Shown here piece after piece: positions 18,021-25,833 of a stretch of DNA of 64,000 bases (position 1 is its first letter; each line of letters begins with the position of its first letter). The stretch lies in NCBI GenBank assembly GCA_050253415.1, contig JBFWJC010000002.1, positions 160,001 through 224,000 on the forward strand, written 5' to 3'. A program made the translations under genes and the position numbers. This DNA comes from Pedobacter sp. (GTDB taxonomy: Bacteria > Desulfobacterota > Desulfuromonadia > Desulfuromonadales > Syntrophotaleaceae). The notes under the pieces are model-generated. The model did no database searches, was not told the DNA's origin, and saw only the letters and a list, made by a program, of their open reading frames with translations.

Positions 18021-18033
18021 CGGCTTGTTAGAC
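17979..18033 (-). repeat. attC-8 (55 bp; 46/47 identical to the attC-7 core)
   Basis: Same as attC-7 except the bulged base (G versus T on the plus strand). Confidence 0.85.
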
Positions 18034-18048
18034 ATTAAATAAAGGAGC

Positions 18049-18243
18049 ATGAAAATGTTGATTACGTTTAAAGCAAGATGCCCTGAGTGCGGAGTGGATG
18101 GAAAACACACAGTGGAAATAGGACAAGACCTGCACCCGAAGAAGGTACTTCTTTGCGACACGGAAGTTGGAGGATGCGACTGTTATTTCGCAGCATTTAT
18201 AAACATAAGGGCCGAAGCTGAAACGGCAAAGATAGATGTCTAA
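18049..18243 (+). CDS. Cassette 8: small zinc-finger protein
   Basis: RBS AAGGAG; CPEC...CDTEVGGCDC. Confidence 0.65.
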   Translation: MKMLITFKARCPECGVDGKHTVEIGQDLHPKKVLLCDTEVGGCDCYFAAFINIRAEAETAKIDV

Positions 18244-18351
18244 CAGAGGTAACAATGGAAAATTTTCCACTTATCACCACGATTAAAGCCAAAAAGTGGA
18301 AAACAGCCGTCAACAAATGACAACAGCCAAATGACAAAGGACACCCCCTGA

Positions 18352-19101
18352 ATGTTCCAGCGCGCCCAACAACTCATCGACGTTGCCAGCCAGCACCAAA
18401 AAGCCGAACTGGTCACACTGCACAACGCCGTGCTCGAACGCATGGAAGCCTACAAGAAGGCCAGCACCGCCGCCAACAAGCGCGACTGGGCCGCCGCCAA
18501 AAAAGGCCTGCAGGAGTGCATCGACCAACTCTTGCCGGTGTACTTCCCCGAGCTGTCCGCCGCCGACCCGGAGGTGTTCGACACCCAAAAAGCCGCCCTC
18601 GCCTGGCTGCACAACCACTTCGGCAAACCGTACCCGTCCGCCGGCAAGTTCAGCCAGGATATCCGTGACGGGCTGTGCCTGCAGCAGCAGAACAAAACCA
18701 TCCTGCGCAAGGATCTCAAAAAATACGCCGAGGTCATCGGCCATGACAAGCAGGCCGCCGCCGCCTCGGCCAGCCAAGCCGAAAAACGCGAAAAGCTCGA
18801 AATCGAAAAGCTGGAGCTGGATGTCGAAAAACGCCGGATGGAAAACCGCAAGGAGGACAAAAACTGGATCGCCCGCGACACCGTCTTCGAACGCGAAGGC
18901 GCCCTTGTCGGTCAGATCATGGGCGAAGCCCGCCATCACCTCGGCCGCGCCGTACCCGCCGTGATCCATGCCGCCAAAGGCGACCCCGAGCGCACCCCGG
19001 AGATCAAAAAAATTATCGAAGAAGCCCTGTTCGACGCCTTCCGCTCCCTGTATGAATCCGGCGAAGTCGACATGACCTTTTTGCAAGAAGAAGAGGACTG
19101 A
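18352..19101 (+). CDS. Putative terminase small subunit
   Basis: Coupled to the GpA-type large subunit; coiled-coil EKLEIEKLELDVEKRR region. Confidence 0.55.
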   Translation: MFQRAQQLIDVASQHQKAELVTLHNAVLERMEAYKKASTAANKRDWAAAKKGLQECIDQLLPVYFPELSAADPEVFDTQKAALAWLHNHFGKPYPSAGKFSQDIRDGLCLQQQNKTILRKDLKKYAEVIGHDKQAAAASASQAEKREKLEIEKLELDVEKRRMENRKEDKNWIARDTVFEREGALVGQIMGEARHHLGRAVPAVIHAAKGDPERTPEIKKIIEEALFDAFRSLYESGEVDMTFLQEEED

Positions 19102-21077
19102 TGCAAACCGCCCTGGCCGCCGACATCTTTGCCCAGCCCCTGCCCGAGTTTTTCCCCGAGCAGCTGCGCCACGCCTGCAGCGGTAAACGCATCCGCTACA
19201 CGCTGCCGCGCTCCGTGCGCGAACGCATGCAAATACCCGAAGACATCACCGTCAGCCAATGGGCCGAAAAATACCGCCGCGTCACCGCCATCGACGCCGA
19301 GCCAGGCCGCTGGCGCATCGACCGCGTCCCCCACACCAAAAAACTCATGGACATGATCAGCCTGCCGTGGGTCAAGGAATTCTGGCTGTGCATGGTCGAG
19401 CGCGCCGCCAAAACCCAGATAGTGCTCAACGCCGCCTGCCGTCAGATCGACCGCGGCATAGACTCCGGCAACGTATTTTGGCTCATGCCAAGCGAAGCCG
19501 ACGCCAAAAAAGCCCTCAGCGAACGCATCATACCCGTACTCAAAGAGAGCCCCCGCATGGCTCGGCTGCTGTCGCGCTACGCCGACGACACCACCAGCAC
19601 CAAGATCCGCTTTAAACACGGACCGCGCCTGTTTCCCGCCTGGTCCAACAGCCCCGGCTCCATCGCCTCGTTTTACGGCAAGCTCAACATCGGCGATGAG
19701 ATCGACAAATACGGCGACCGCTCCGGCGGCGAAACCGACCCCATTACCCTGCTCAAAAAACGCGGCCGCGACAGCGACGAATCCAAATTCCTGTTTGCCA
19801 GCACCCCCGCCGGTAAATTTATATACAAAGGCACCATGGCCTGCCAGCAAGTCTGGACCTACAAAAACCGCTGCCCCCATTGCGGTGAATACATCCTGAT
19901 GGACGCCGATCATTTCATGCTACCCGAAGGCGCCACCCAGGAGACCATCAAACACGGCGAGCACCCCGTCACCTACGCCTGCAACGACTGCGGCGTAGAA
20001 TGGGACGAAACCGACCGCAAAACCGCCTACCAAAACGGCGACTGGTTCGCCATCAAAGGCGCCGATGTCGAGCGGCCCACCACCATCGGAGCCTGGTTGC
20101 CGGCCTTCCCGCTGCCCAACATCCCCATGGCCGAGATCGGCGCCGCCATCGCCCGCGCCAACACCGGAGATCTCGCCGGTAAGATGGACCTCGCCCACGG
20201 CTATAAAGCCGTCGACTACGAAGCCGAAAACAAAGACCGGCAAGAAGACGCCATCCTGCTGCTGCGCGACGACCGCCCGGCAGGCATGATCCCCACCGAA
20301 GCCAACGGCCTCGAAATATCCATCGACACCCAGGATAACGGCTTCTGGTATCGCATCCGCGCCTGGCGTTACGGCCTCGATCTCAAAAGCTGGCTTGTCA
20401 AAGCCGGATATGTGCCCAGTGCCAACGCCGCCGACTTTGCCGCCCTCGATGATCTCATCGCGGCCGAATACCCCGACACCAACGGCGAGCCCCACCGCAT
20501 TATGGCCGGCATCATCGACAGCGCCGGGCATCGCACCAGCGAAGTCTACGCCTGGTGCCGCCGCACCGGAATCATACCAGCCAAAGGTGCCCAAGGCCGC
20601 AAGACCCAGCCCGTCACCGTCAGCCGCATCGACCGTTTCCCCGGTGACAACAAACCGATCCCCGGCGGCCTCAACCTCTACCATATCGACACGCATTTTC
20701 ACAAAGACCAACTCGCCAACAAACTGCAGATCGACCCCTCCGATCCCGGCGCCCTGGTGCTGCACAGCGGCTATAGCCTTGACCAGCTCACAGCCCTGCA
20801 CCGCGATCCAAACGGTAAACAAGCCCACAACCTGGAGGAATACGCCCGCCAGATGTGCGTCGAATACCGCGACGAGCGCGGCCTGTGGCAATGCCCCGAC
20901 GGCAAAGCCAATCACCTGTGGGATTGTGAAAACAACGGCCTCGCCCTGGTCATGTACCTGGGTTGGCAGCACAAAGGCAGCGTAAAAAAGAAGCCCGCCA
21001 CCAACGGACTCAAACCCAAAGACACCGCACCAGCCGCCACCAGCCGCGACCTTCCGGCATGGTATCGCAACCGCTAA
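19101..21077 (+). CDS. Terminase large subunit, lambda GpA family
   Basis: ITVSQWAEKYR, GDEIDKY, ASTP, CPHCGE, IDTQDN, IDSAGHRT, NHLWDCE. Confidence 0.9.
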   Translation: MQTALAADIFAQPLPEFFPEQLRHACSGKRIRYTLPRSVRERMQIPEDITVSQWAEKYRRVTAIDAEPGRWRIDRVPHTKKLMDMISLPWVKEFWLCMVERAAKTQIVLNAACRQIDRGIDSGNVFWLMPSEADAKKALSERIIPVLKESPRMARLLSRYADDTTSTKIRFKHGPRLFPAWSNSPGSIASFYGKLNIGDEIDKYGDRSGGETDPITLLKKRGRDSDESKFLFASTPAGKFIYKGTMACQQVWTYKNRCPHCGEYILMDADHFMLPEGATQETIKHGEHPVTYACNDCGVEWDETDRKTAYQNGDWFAIKGADVERPTTIGAWLPAFPLPNIPMAEIGAAIARANTGDLAGKMDLAHGYKAVDYEAENKDRQEDAILLLRDDRPAGMIPTEANGLEISIDTQDNGFWYRIRAWRYGLDLKSWLVKAGYVPSANAADFAALDDLIAAEYPDTNGEPHRIMAGIIDSAGHRTSEVYAWCRRTGIIPAKGAQGRKTQPVTVSRIDRFPGDNKPIPGGLNLYHIDTHFHKDQLANKLQIDPSDPGALVLHSGYSLDQLTALHRDPNGKQAHNLEEYARQMCVEYRDERGLWQCPDGKANHLWDCENNGLALVMYLGWQHKGSVKKKPATNGLKPKDTAPAATSRDLPAWYRNR

Positions 21078-21087
21078 GGAGACCACC

Positions 21088-21306
21088 ATGACACCACCGC
21101 AAATATACCGCCGCAAAGACATGCTCACCGTCGCCCAATTCGCCAAAGTCATCGGCATGAGCCGTAGTTTTGCCTATCAACTGGTCGAGCGCGGACCGCA
21201 AGAAGGCGGCGTTCTGGCGTTTCGTTATGGCAAGACAAAAGGGCTTAGGGTGCCGGCGGAAGAGGTGACGCGATATCAGCAGGAGAGAAAGGTTGTTGAG
21301 GTATAA
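21088..21306 (+). CDS. Excisionase-like / HTH_17 DNA-binding protein
   Basis: MLTVAQFAKVIGMSRSFAYQLVERG...LRVP; RBS AAGGAG. Confidence 0.7.
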   Translation: MTPPQIYRRKDMLTVAQFAKVIGMSRSFAYQLVERGPQEGGVLAFRYGKTKGLRVPAEEVTRYQQERKVVEV

Positions 21307-21360
21307 CGGATTTGAGGTGTGCGGCGAGCGTAGCGAGTCCACACCAGCGAAGGGTTATGA
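21301..21360 (-). repeat. attC-9 (60 bp) of the solitary cassette
   Basis: Minus strand TCATAAC CCTTC GCTGGTGTGGA CTCGCTACGCTCG CCGCACACC TCAAATCC GTTATAC; cassette ends GTTATGATGCC/GGCATCATAAC are a perfect 11-bp inverted repeat. Confidence 0.75.
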
Positions 21361-22187
21361 TGCCCATGCAGAAACAGCGAATCATACGGGTTTTTCCGAG
21401 ACGGACAGCGGCCACGCCAGATGATGATCTGGTGAGGATCGCCACAACGCCCGGCCTCTTTGACGAAGCCGATGAAGTGCATGTGTCGGTGACGTTTACT
21501 TGGGATTTACCCCTTGTCGAAAAACTGGCGAAAGCCTGGGAGCCGGTGGCTCCTGTGACGATCGGAGGCCCGGCGACGGGAGAAGCTGGGGGGGATTTTA
21601 CCCCTGGCTTGTACGTCAAAAAAGGCTACGTACTCACCTCTCGCGGCTGCCCGAACAACTGCTGGTTTTGTTCCGTGCCAAAACGTGAAGGCCCGTTGCG
21701 GGAATTGCCGATCACCGAAGGCTGGAACGTCCTCGATGACAACTTGTTGGCATGCTCTGACGATCATGTCCGGAGAGTGTTCGAGATGCTGTATGGCCAG
21801 AAGAAAAACGGACGGATTCAATTTACTGGCGGACTGGAAGCTGCCCGCCTCAAACCCTGGCACGTTGAAGCCCTGCGGGGATTGAGGCCGAAACAGATGT
21901 TCTTTGCGTACGACACGCCCGACGATCTGGAACCGCTGCAGGACGCTGGTAGGATGCTGTTGGATGCTGGCTTTACGATCACAAGTCACGCCCTTCGGGC
22001 CTATGTGTTGTGCGGCTGGCCGAAGGATAGTTTTGAGGCGGCAGGCCGCAGGATGCAACAAACGATAGACGCCGGTTTCATGCCGATGGCGATGCTTTAC
22101 CGTGGCGTAGCCGGCAAACGTGATACGGAGTGGATGCGCTGGCAACGGGAATGGGCGAGACCAGCCATAATTGCCAAGGCATCATAA
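21357..22187 (+). CDS. Cassette 9: radical SAM protein
   Basis: TSRGCPNNCWFCSVP CxxxCxxC, LDDNLLA; start at 21357, 21360 or 21366. Confidence 0.85.
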   Translation: MMPMQKQRIIRVFPRRTAATPDDDLVRIATTPGLFDEADEVHVSVTFTWDLPLVEKLAKAWEPVAPVTIGGPATGEAGGDFTPGLYVKKGYVLTSRGCPNNCWFCSVPKREGPLRELPITEGWNVLDDNLLACSDDHVRRVFEMLYGQKKNGRIQFTGGLEAARLKPWHVEALRGLRPKQMFFAYDTPDDLEPLQDAGRMLLDAGFTITSHALRAYVLCGWPKDSFEAAGRRMQQTIDAGFMPMAMLYRGVAGKRDTEWMRWQREWARPAIIAKAS

Positions 22188-22262
22188 CATCCTTTAACCA
22201 GCCCACAATGACAGTTACCCATATAATTATTTTAGGCAAAACCGCAAAAACCTAAAAAAGTT

Positions 22263-22329
22263 GTCCACCACGTCCACCACGTCCACCACGTACATGACAA
22301 CCCCCACCCATGCGCCGTAATCTCGGCGC
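22263..22329 (+). promoter_or_regulatory. Putative late promoter: 3x GTCCACCAC repeats then ATGACA-18-TAATCT, leaderless
   Basis: Tandem 9-mers at 22263-22289 lie just upstream of the -35; the -10 ends 6 nt before the ATG and there is no RBS. Confidence 0.5.
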
Positions 22330-22575
22330 ATGGCTATTACCCCACTATACACATCCTCCGAGCTCGATGCCCTGATCGCCGCCTATAAGCAGGCCGAGAT
22401 GTCGCTCGCGTCCGGCGTCGCGGAATACACCATCGACGTAGGTGGTGGTCGCCGTACCGTGCGCCGCCGCGATCTGGCCGAGGTGCGCCAGGCCCTGCAA
22501 TACTACCAGGGGCAGCGCGTGCAACTCGCTACCGGCTCCGGCCCCCAAACCCTGGTGGGGAGACCGGTACGATGA
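22330..22575 (+). CDS. Head-tail joining protein (gpW-like)
   Basis: Small ORF before portal; EYTIDVGGGRRTVRRRDLAEV. Confidence 0.7.
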   Translation: MAITPLYTSSELDALIAAYKQAEMSLASGVAEYTIDVGGGRRTVRRRDLAEVRQALQYYQGQRVQLATGSGPQTLVGRPVR

Positions 22576-24107
22576 GTGGTTGCCGCGTAGGGCGCAGCTA
22601 TCCCGCCGGCCGGTACCACGGCGGTCTTATCCCAAGCATCCAGGGCGCTTCCATTCGTCGCAGCTCCGGCGGCTACAGCGGAACTCTCTCCAACTGGTCG
22701 CCATCGCGCATGACCTGGCCCGAAGAAGGCCGCAACCGCGAAACCACCGTCGACCGCGCCAACGACCTCGCCGCCAACCATCCCCACGCCGCAAGCCTTG
22801 TCGACTCCATCACCGTCAACGCCGTCGGTCCCGGGCTGTGGCCGCAAAGCAAGCCACATTACGAGCGCCTTGGCTTGTCCGAGAGCTGGGCCACAGAGTT
22901 TGCCGGCGCCGCCGAGTGGGAATTGGAACAGTGGAACCGTGAAGCCGACGCCCGCGAAGTCACCGACTTTTACGGCAAACAGTTTCAAAACCTCTGGTCG
23001 ATGCTCGTCAACGGCGAATTTATCAACCTGCCTCTGATGCTCGATGATCCAGGACGCCGTTACCGACTCGCCCTGCAGGATATCGACCCCGTGCGCCTTC
23101 GTACCCCCATGGCCCTGTTCGGCGCCGCCGATATCCGCGACGGTATCCGACTCGGCGACCGTGGCCAGGCCAAAGGCTACTTCCTCGCAGATCCCGACGA
23201 CGGCCGCATTGTAAGCAGCCTCGACATGCGCCACTATCGCGAGCTACCCGCACGTATCGGCCACCGCCCGGTGGTCATGCACCGCTTCCACGCCAAAACC
23301 CCCGAGCAGGTGCGCGGCGTCAGCGTGCTGGCACCGGCCATGAAGTTCTTCCGCGATGTCTCCGACTACCTCGATTACGAGCTGGTCGGCGCCATCGTCG
23401 CCAGCAGCTTCCCGGTCTTCATCGAAAAAAACACCACTTACGATGCCACCCAATTGCCCGGTGTCGAGTCCGTACAAAACGCCACCGGCGATACCACCCA
23501 TTACCGCAACTACAGCCCCGGCCAGGTGCTGTACGGCAACGGCGCCGAAAAGCCCCATATCCTCAAAAGCGACCGCCCCGGCAACTCCTTCCCGGCGTTT
23601 ATCGAGACCATCCTGCGCGCCGTCGGTGCTGCCGCCGGCATGCCCTACGAGATCATCAGTAAAGACTTTTCCAAAACCAACTACTCCAGCGCCCGCGCCG
23701 CCCTGCAAGAAGCCTGGCGCGTGTTTGAGCTCTATCAGGATTGGCTGGTCGGCGGATTTTGTCAACCGGTGTGGGAGATGTTACTGGAAGAAGCCTTCCT
23801 GCGCGGTCGCCTGCCGATCCCCAAGGGCGCACCCGACTTTTACGCCGCCCGCGCCGAATATTGCGCCGCAACCTGGGTCGGCCCCGAGCGTACCAACGTC
23901 GATCCCGTCAAAGAGATGGTCGCCGACATCATGGGCCTTAACGCCAACGTGACCACCCAAGCCGATATCGCCGCCAAAAAAGGCAAAGACTGGGAGCAGC
24001 AGTTCAGACAGCGCTCCCGCGAGCGTCAGCTGGCAAGAGACCTAGACCTTAATCCGGATCCGCCGAGCACCAAAAAAGCCAAAGATCCGGCCACCGTATT
24101 GGAGTAG
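22572..24107 (+). CDS. Portal protein, lambda family
   Basis: RANDLAANHP, QVRGVS.LAP, DFSKTNYSSARAA, VDPVKE. Confidence 0.92.
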   Translation: MSGCRVGRSYPAGRYHGGLIPSIQGASIRRSSGGYSGTLSNWSPSRMTWPEEGRNRETTVDRANDLAANHPHAASLVDSITVNAVGPGLWPQSKPHYERLGLSESWATEFAGAAEWELEQWNREADAREVTDFYGKQFQNLWSMLVNGEFINLPLMLDDPGRRYRLALQDIDPVRLRTPMALFGAADIRDGIRLGDRGQAKGYFLADPDDGRIVSSLDMRHYRELPARIGHRPVVMHRFHAKTPEQVRGVSVLAPAMKFFRDVSDYLDYELVGAIVASSFPVFIEKNTTYDATQLPGVESVQNATGDTTHYRNYSPGQVLYGNGAEKPHILKSDRPGNSFPAFIETILRAVGAAAGMPYEIISKDFSKTNYSSARAALQEAWRVFELYQDWLVGGFCQPVWEMLLEEAFLRGRLPIPKGAPDFYAARAEYCAATWVGPERTNVDPVKEMVADIMGLNANVTTQADIAAKKGKDWEQQFRQRSRERQLARDLDLNPDPPSTKKAKDPATVLE

Positions 24108-24110
24108 CGC

Positions 24111-25427
24111 ATGCGCAACCTGCGAATCGCTGAAATGCTATTTAACCGTCCGCTGATGATCTCAGAGTCAAAGCTCAATGTGATTCTGCATATCCTCGGC
24201 CCCCGCCTCAATCTTGACCTTGGCGGCCTGCCGTCGCAACAACTGGCCGAGATCAGCGACCAGGACCGCGCCCGCGCAGGCTATCAGGTCAAAGGCAACA
24301 TCGGCATTGTCGGCATCCACGGCCCCCTCATGCACCGCCGTCTGGCCTCTCAATTCCCCAGCGGAGGCCCGACGACCTACGGCGAGATCCGCCGCGCCTT
24401 TGACATGGCCATGGCCGATGATGCCGTAGAGTCCATTATTTTGGATATCGACTCTCCCGGTGGTGAAGTCAGCGGCGTCTTTGACCTGGCGGATCACATC
24501 TATCAGGCCCGCAGCAGCAAGCCGAGCACCGCCATACTTAACGAGTCGGCCTTCTCCGCAGGTTATCTATTGGCCAGCAGCGCCGGACGCATTGTGATGC
24601 CCCGTACCGGCGGCGCCGGATCCATCGGGGTCATTGCCACCCATGCCGATTTTTCACGGGCGGAAGACGCCGCAGGAATCACCGTAACCCATGTTATCGC
24701 CGGCGCCAAAAAAGCCGATTTTTCCCCGCACCATCCTTTAAGCGAATCGGCTCTTGCCTCACTGCAAGCCATGGTAGACGACAGCTACGAAATGTTTGTC
24801 GATACCGTCGCCAGGAATCGAGGCATGACAACCAAGGCTGTGCGCGATACCGAAGCCGGTATTTTTGAAGGCAAAAAAGCCGTCGCAGCACGCCTTGCCG
24901 ACGAAATTTCCGCAGTAGATAAAGCCATCGCCCAGGCCGGTATGGCCAGAGGCAAAACCATGCTCCCCACTTCGGCCAGAGCCGTCGCGGGAAAGGAGAA
25001 CCGCGCCATGACACTTTTGGAACTCAGAGAAAAACACCCCGATCTGGTAGCCCAGATCGAAACCGAAGCCAGCGCCGGCATGATTACCCAGGCCGCCGCC
25101 GACACCGCCCGCGCCGAAGCCGTCACCGCTGAAAGCACCCGCGTTATGAGCCTGGTGCAAGCCGCCATCGGCGAAGAAGGTGCCGGGAAGATCCGCGCCG
25201 CCGCCGACAAAGGCCTCACCGCCGATGACCTGCAGGCCCTTGGCGTCAGCCTTGCCCCTGTCGCCACCGGCGATGCCGACCTTGCCACCCGTAATGCCAT
25301 GCTTGAAGGCATAACAGGCGCCGCTCCGGCCGCGTTGCGCACCGGCAACGCCGTCACCGGCGAAGCCGCCGAAGAGCAAGTCGTTACCAACGCTATCCTT
25401 GCCGGGGCCGCCGGTCGCCGCCAGTAA
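24111..25427 (+). CDS. S49 capsid maturation protease with C-terminal scaffold (in-frame internal start at 25008)
   Basis: LDIDSPGGEV, AFSAGY.LAS, GSIGV; internal RBS AAGGAG before ATG 25008, as in lambda C/Nu3. Confidence 0.88.
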   Translation: MRNLRIAEMLFNRPLMISESKLNVILHILGPRLNLDLGGLPSQQLAEISDQDRARAGYQVKGNIGIVGIHGPLMHRRLASQFPSGGPTTYGEIRRAFDMAMADDAVESIILDIDSPGGEVSGVFDLADHIYQARSSKPSTAILNESAFSAGYLLASSAGRIVMPRTGGAGSIGVIATHADFSRAEDAAGITVTHVIAGAKKADFSPHHPLSESALASLQAMVDDSYEMFVDTVARNRGMTTKAVRDTEAGIFEGKKAVAARLADEISAVDKAIAQAGMARGKTMLPTSARAVAGKENRAMTLLELREKHPDLVAQIETEASAGMITQAAADTARAEAVTAESTRVMSLVQAAIGEEGAGKIRAAADKGLTADDLQALGVSLAPVATGDADLATRNAMLEGITGAAPAALRTGNAVTGEAAEEQVVTNAILAGAAGRRQ

Positions 25428-25453
25428 TCCAACCATACTAGAGGAGTACCGCC

Positions 25454-25804
25454 ATGGAAACCTACACCCCCGATAACCTGCTGGCCGGCGCCTATCCGGT
25501 GGTGACCGACGAAGTCACCGTCGTTACCGGCCAGACCCTGACCCGCGGCGCCGTACTCGGCAAGATCACCGCCAGCGGCAAATACGCCCTGTGCGACAGC
25601 GCCGCCGTTGATGGCAGCCAGTCCCCTGTCTGCATCCTCGCCGAAAACTGTGACGCATCCGCCGCCGATAAAACCAGCGTGCCCGTTTACCTCAGCGGAG
25701 AGTTTGCGGAGACCTCGCTGACCTTCGGTGGCACCGACACCGCCGACACCCACCGGGCCGCCCTGCGCGACCTCAACATTTATCTCAAGAAGACCGTGGC
25801 CTGA
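25454..25804 (+). CDS. Head decoration protein (gpD-like)
   Basis: TGQTLTRGAVLGKITASGKY...DGSQ.P..IL; lies between protease and capsid. Confidence 0.85.
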   Translation: METYTPDNLLAGAYPVVTDEVTVVTGQTLTRGAVLGKITASGKYALCDSAAVDGSQSPVCILAENCDASAADKTSVPVYLSGEFAETSLTFGGTDTADTHRAALRDLNIYLKKTVA

Positions 25805-25833
25805 CCCGGTCCGTCAATAAAGGAGACTGACTT

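Larger units (their letters stand above)
14894..18244 (-). mobile_element. Integron-type cassette array (8 attC sites, 8 cassettes), no intI (CALIN-like), inside the prophage
   Basis: Eight AAC...GTT hairpins with a bulged base alternate strictly with single genes; the two ends of each cassette are complementary. Confidence 0.88.

Noticed and set aside
17690..18033. Near-identical 47-bp repeats as a CRISPR array
   Set aside because: Only two copies, separated by a whole gene; no cas genes; the structure fits attC.
14894..18244. Intergenic hairpins as simple terminators or REP elements
   Set aside because: No U-tracts; conserved AAC/GTT boxes, bulged bases and cassette-end complementarity are not explained by terminators.
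19101..21077. Terminase inactive because Walker A reads ERAAKT
   Set aside because: The ORF is full length with Walker B and nuclease motifs; the variant alone does not show inactivation.
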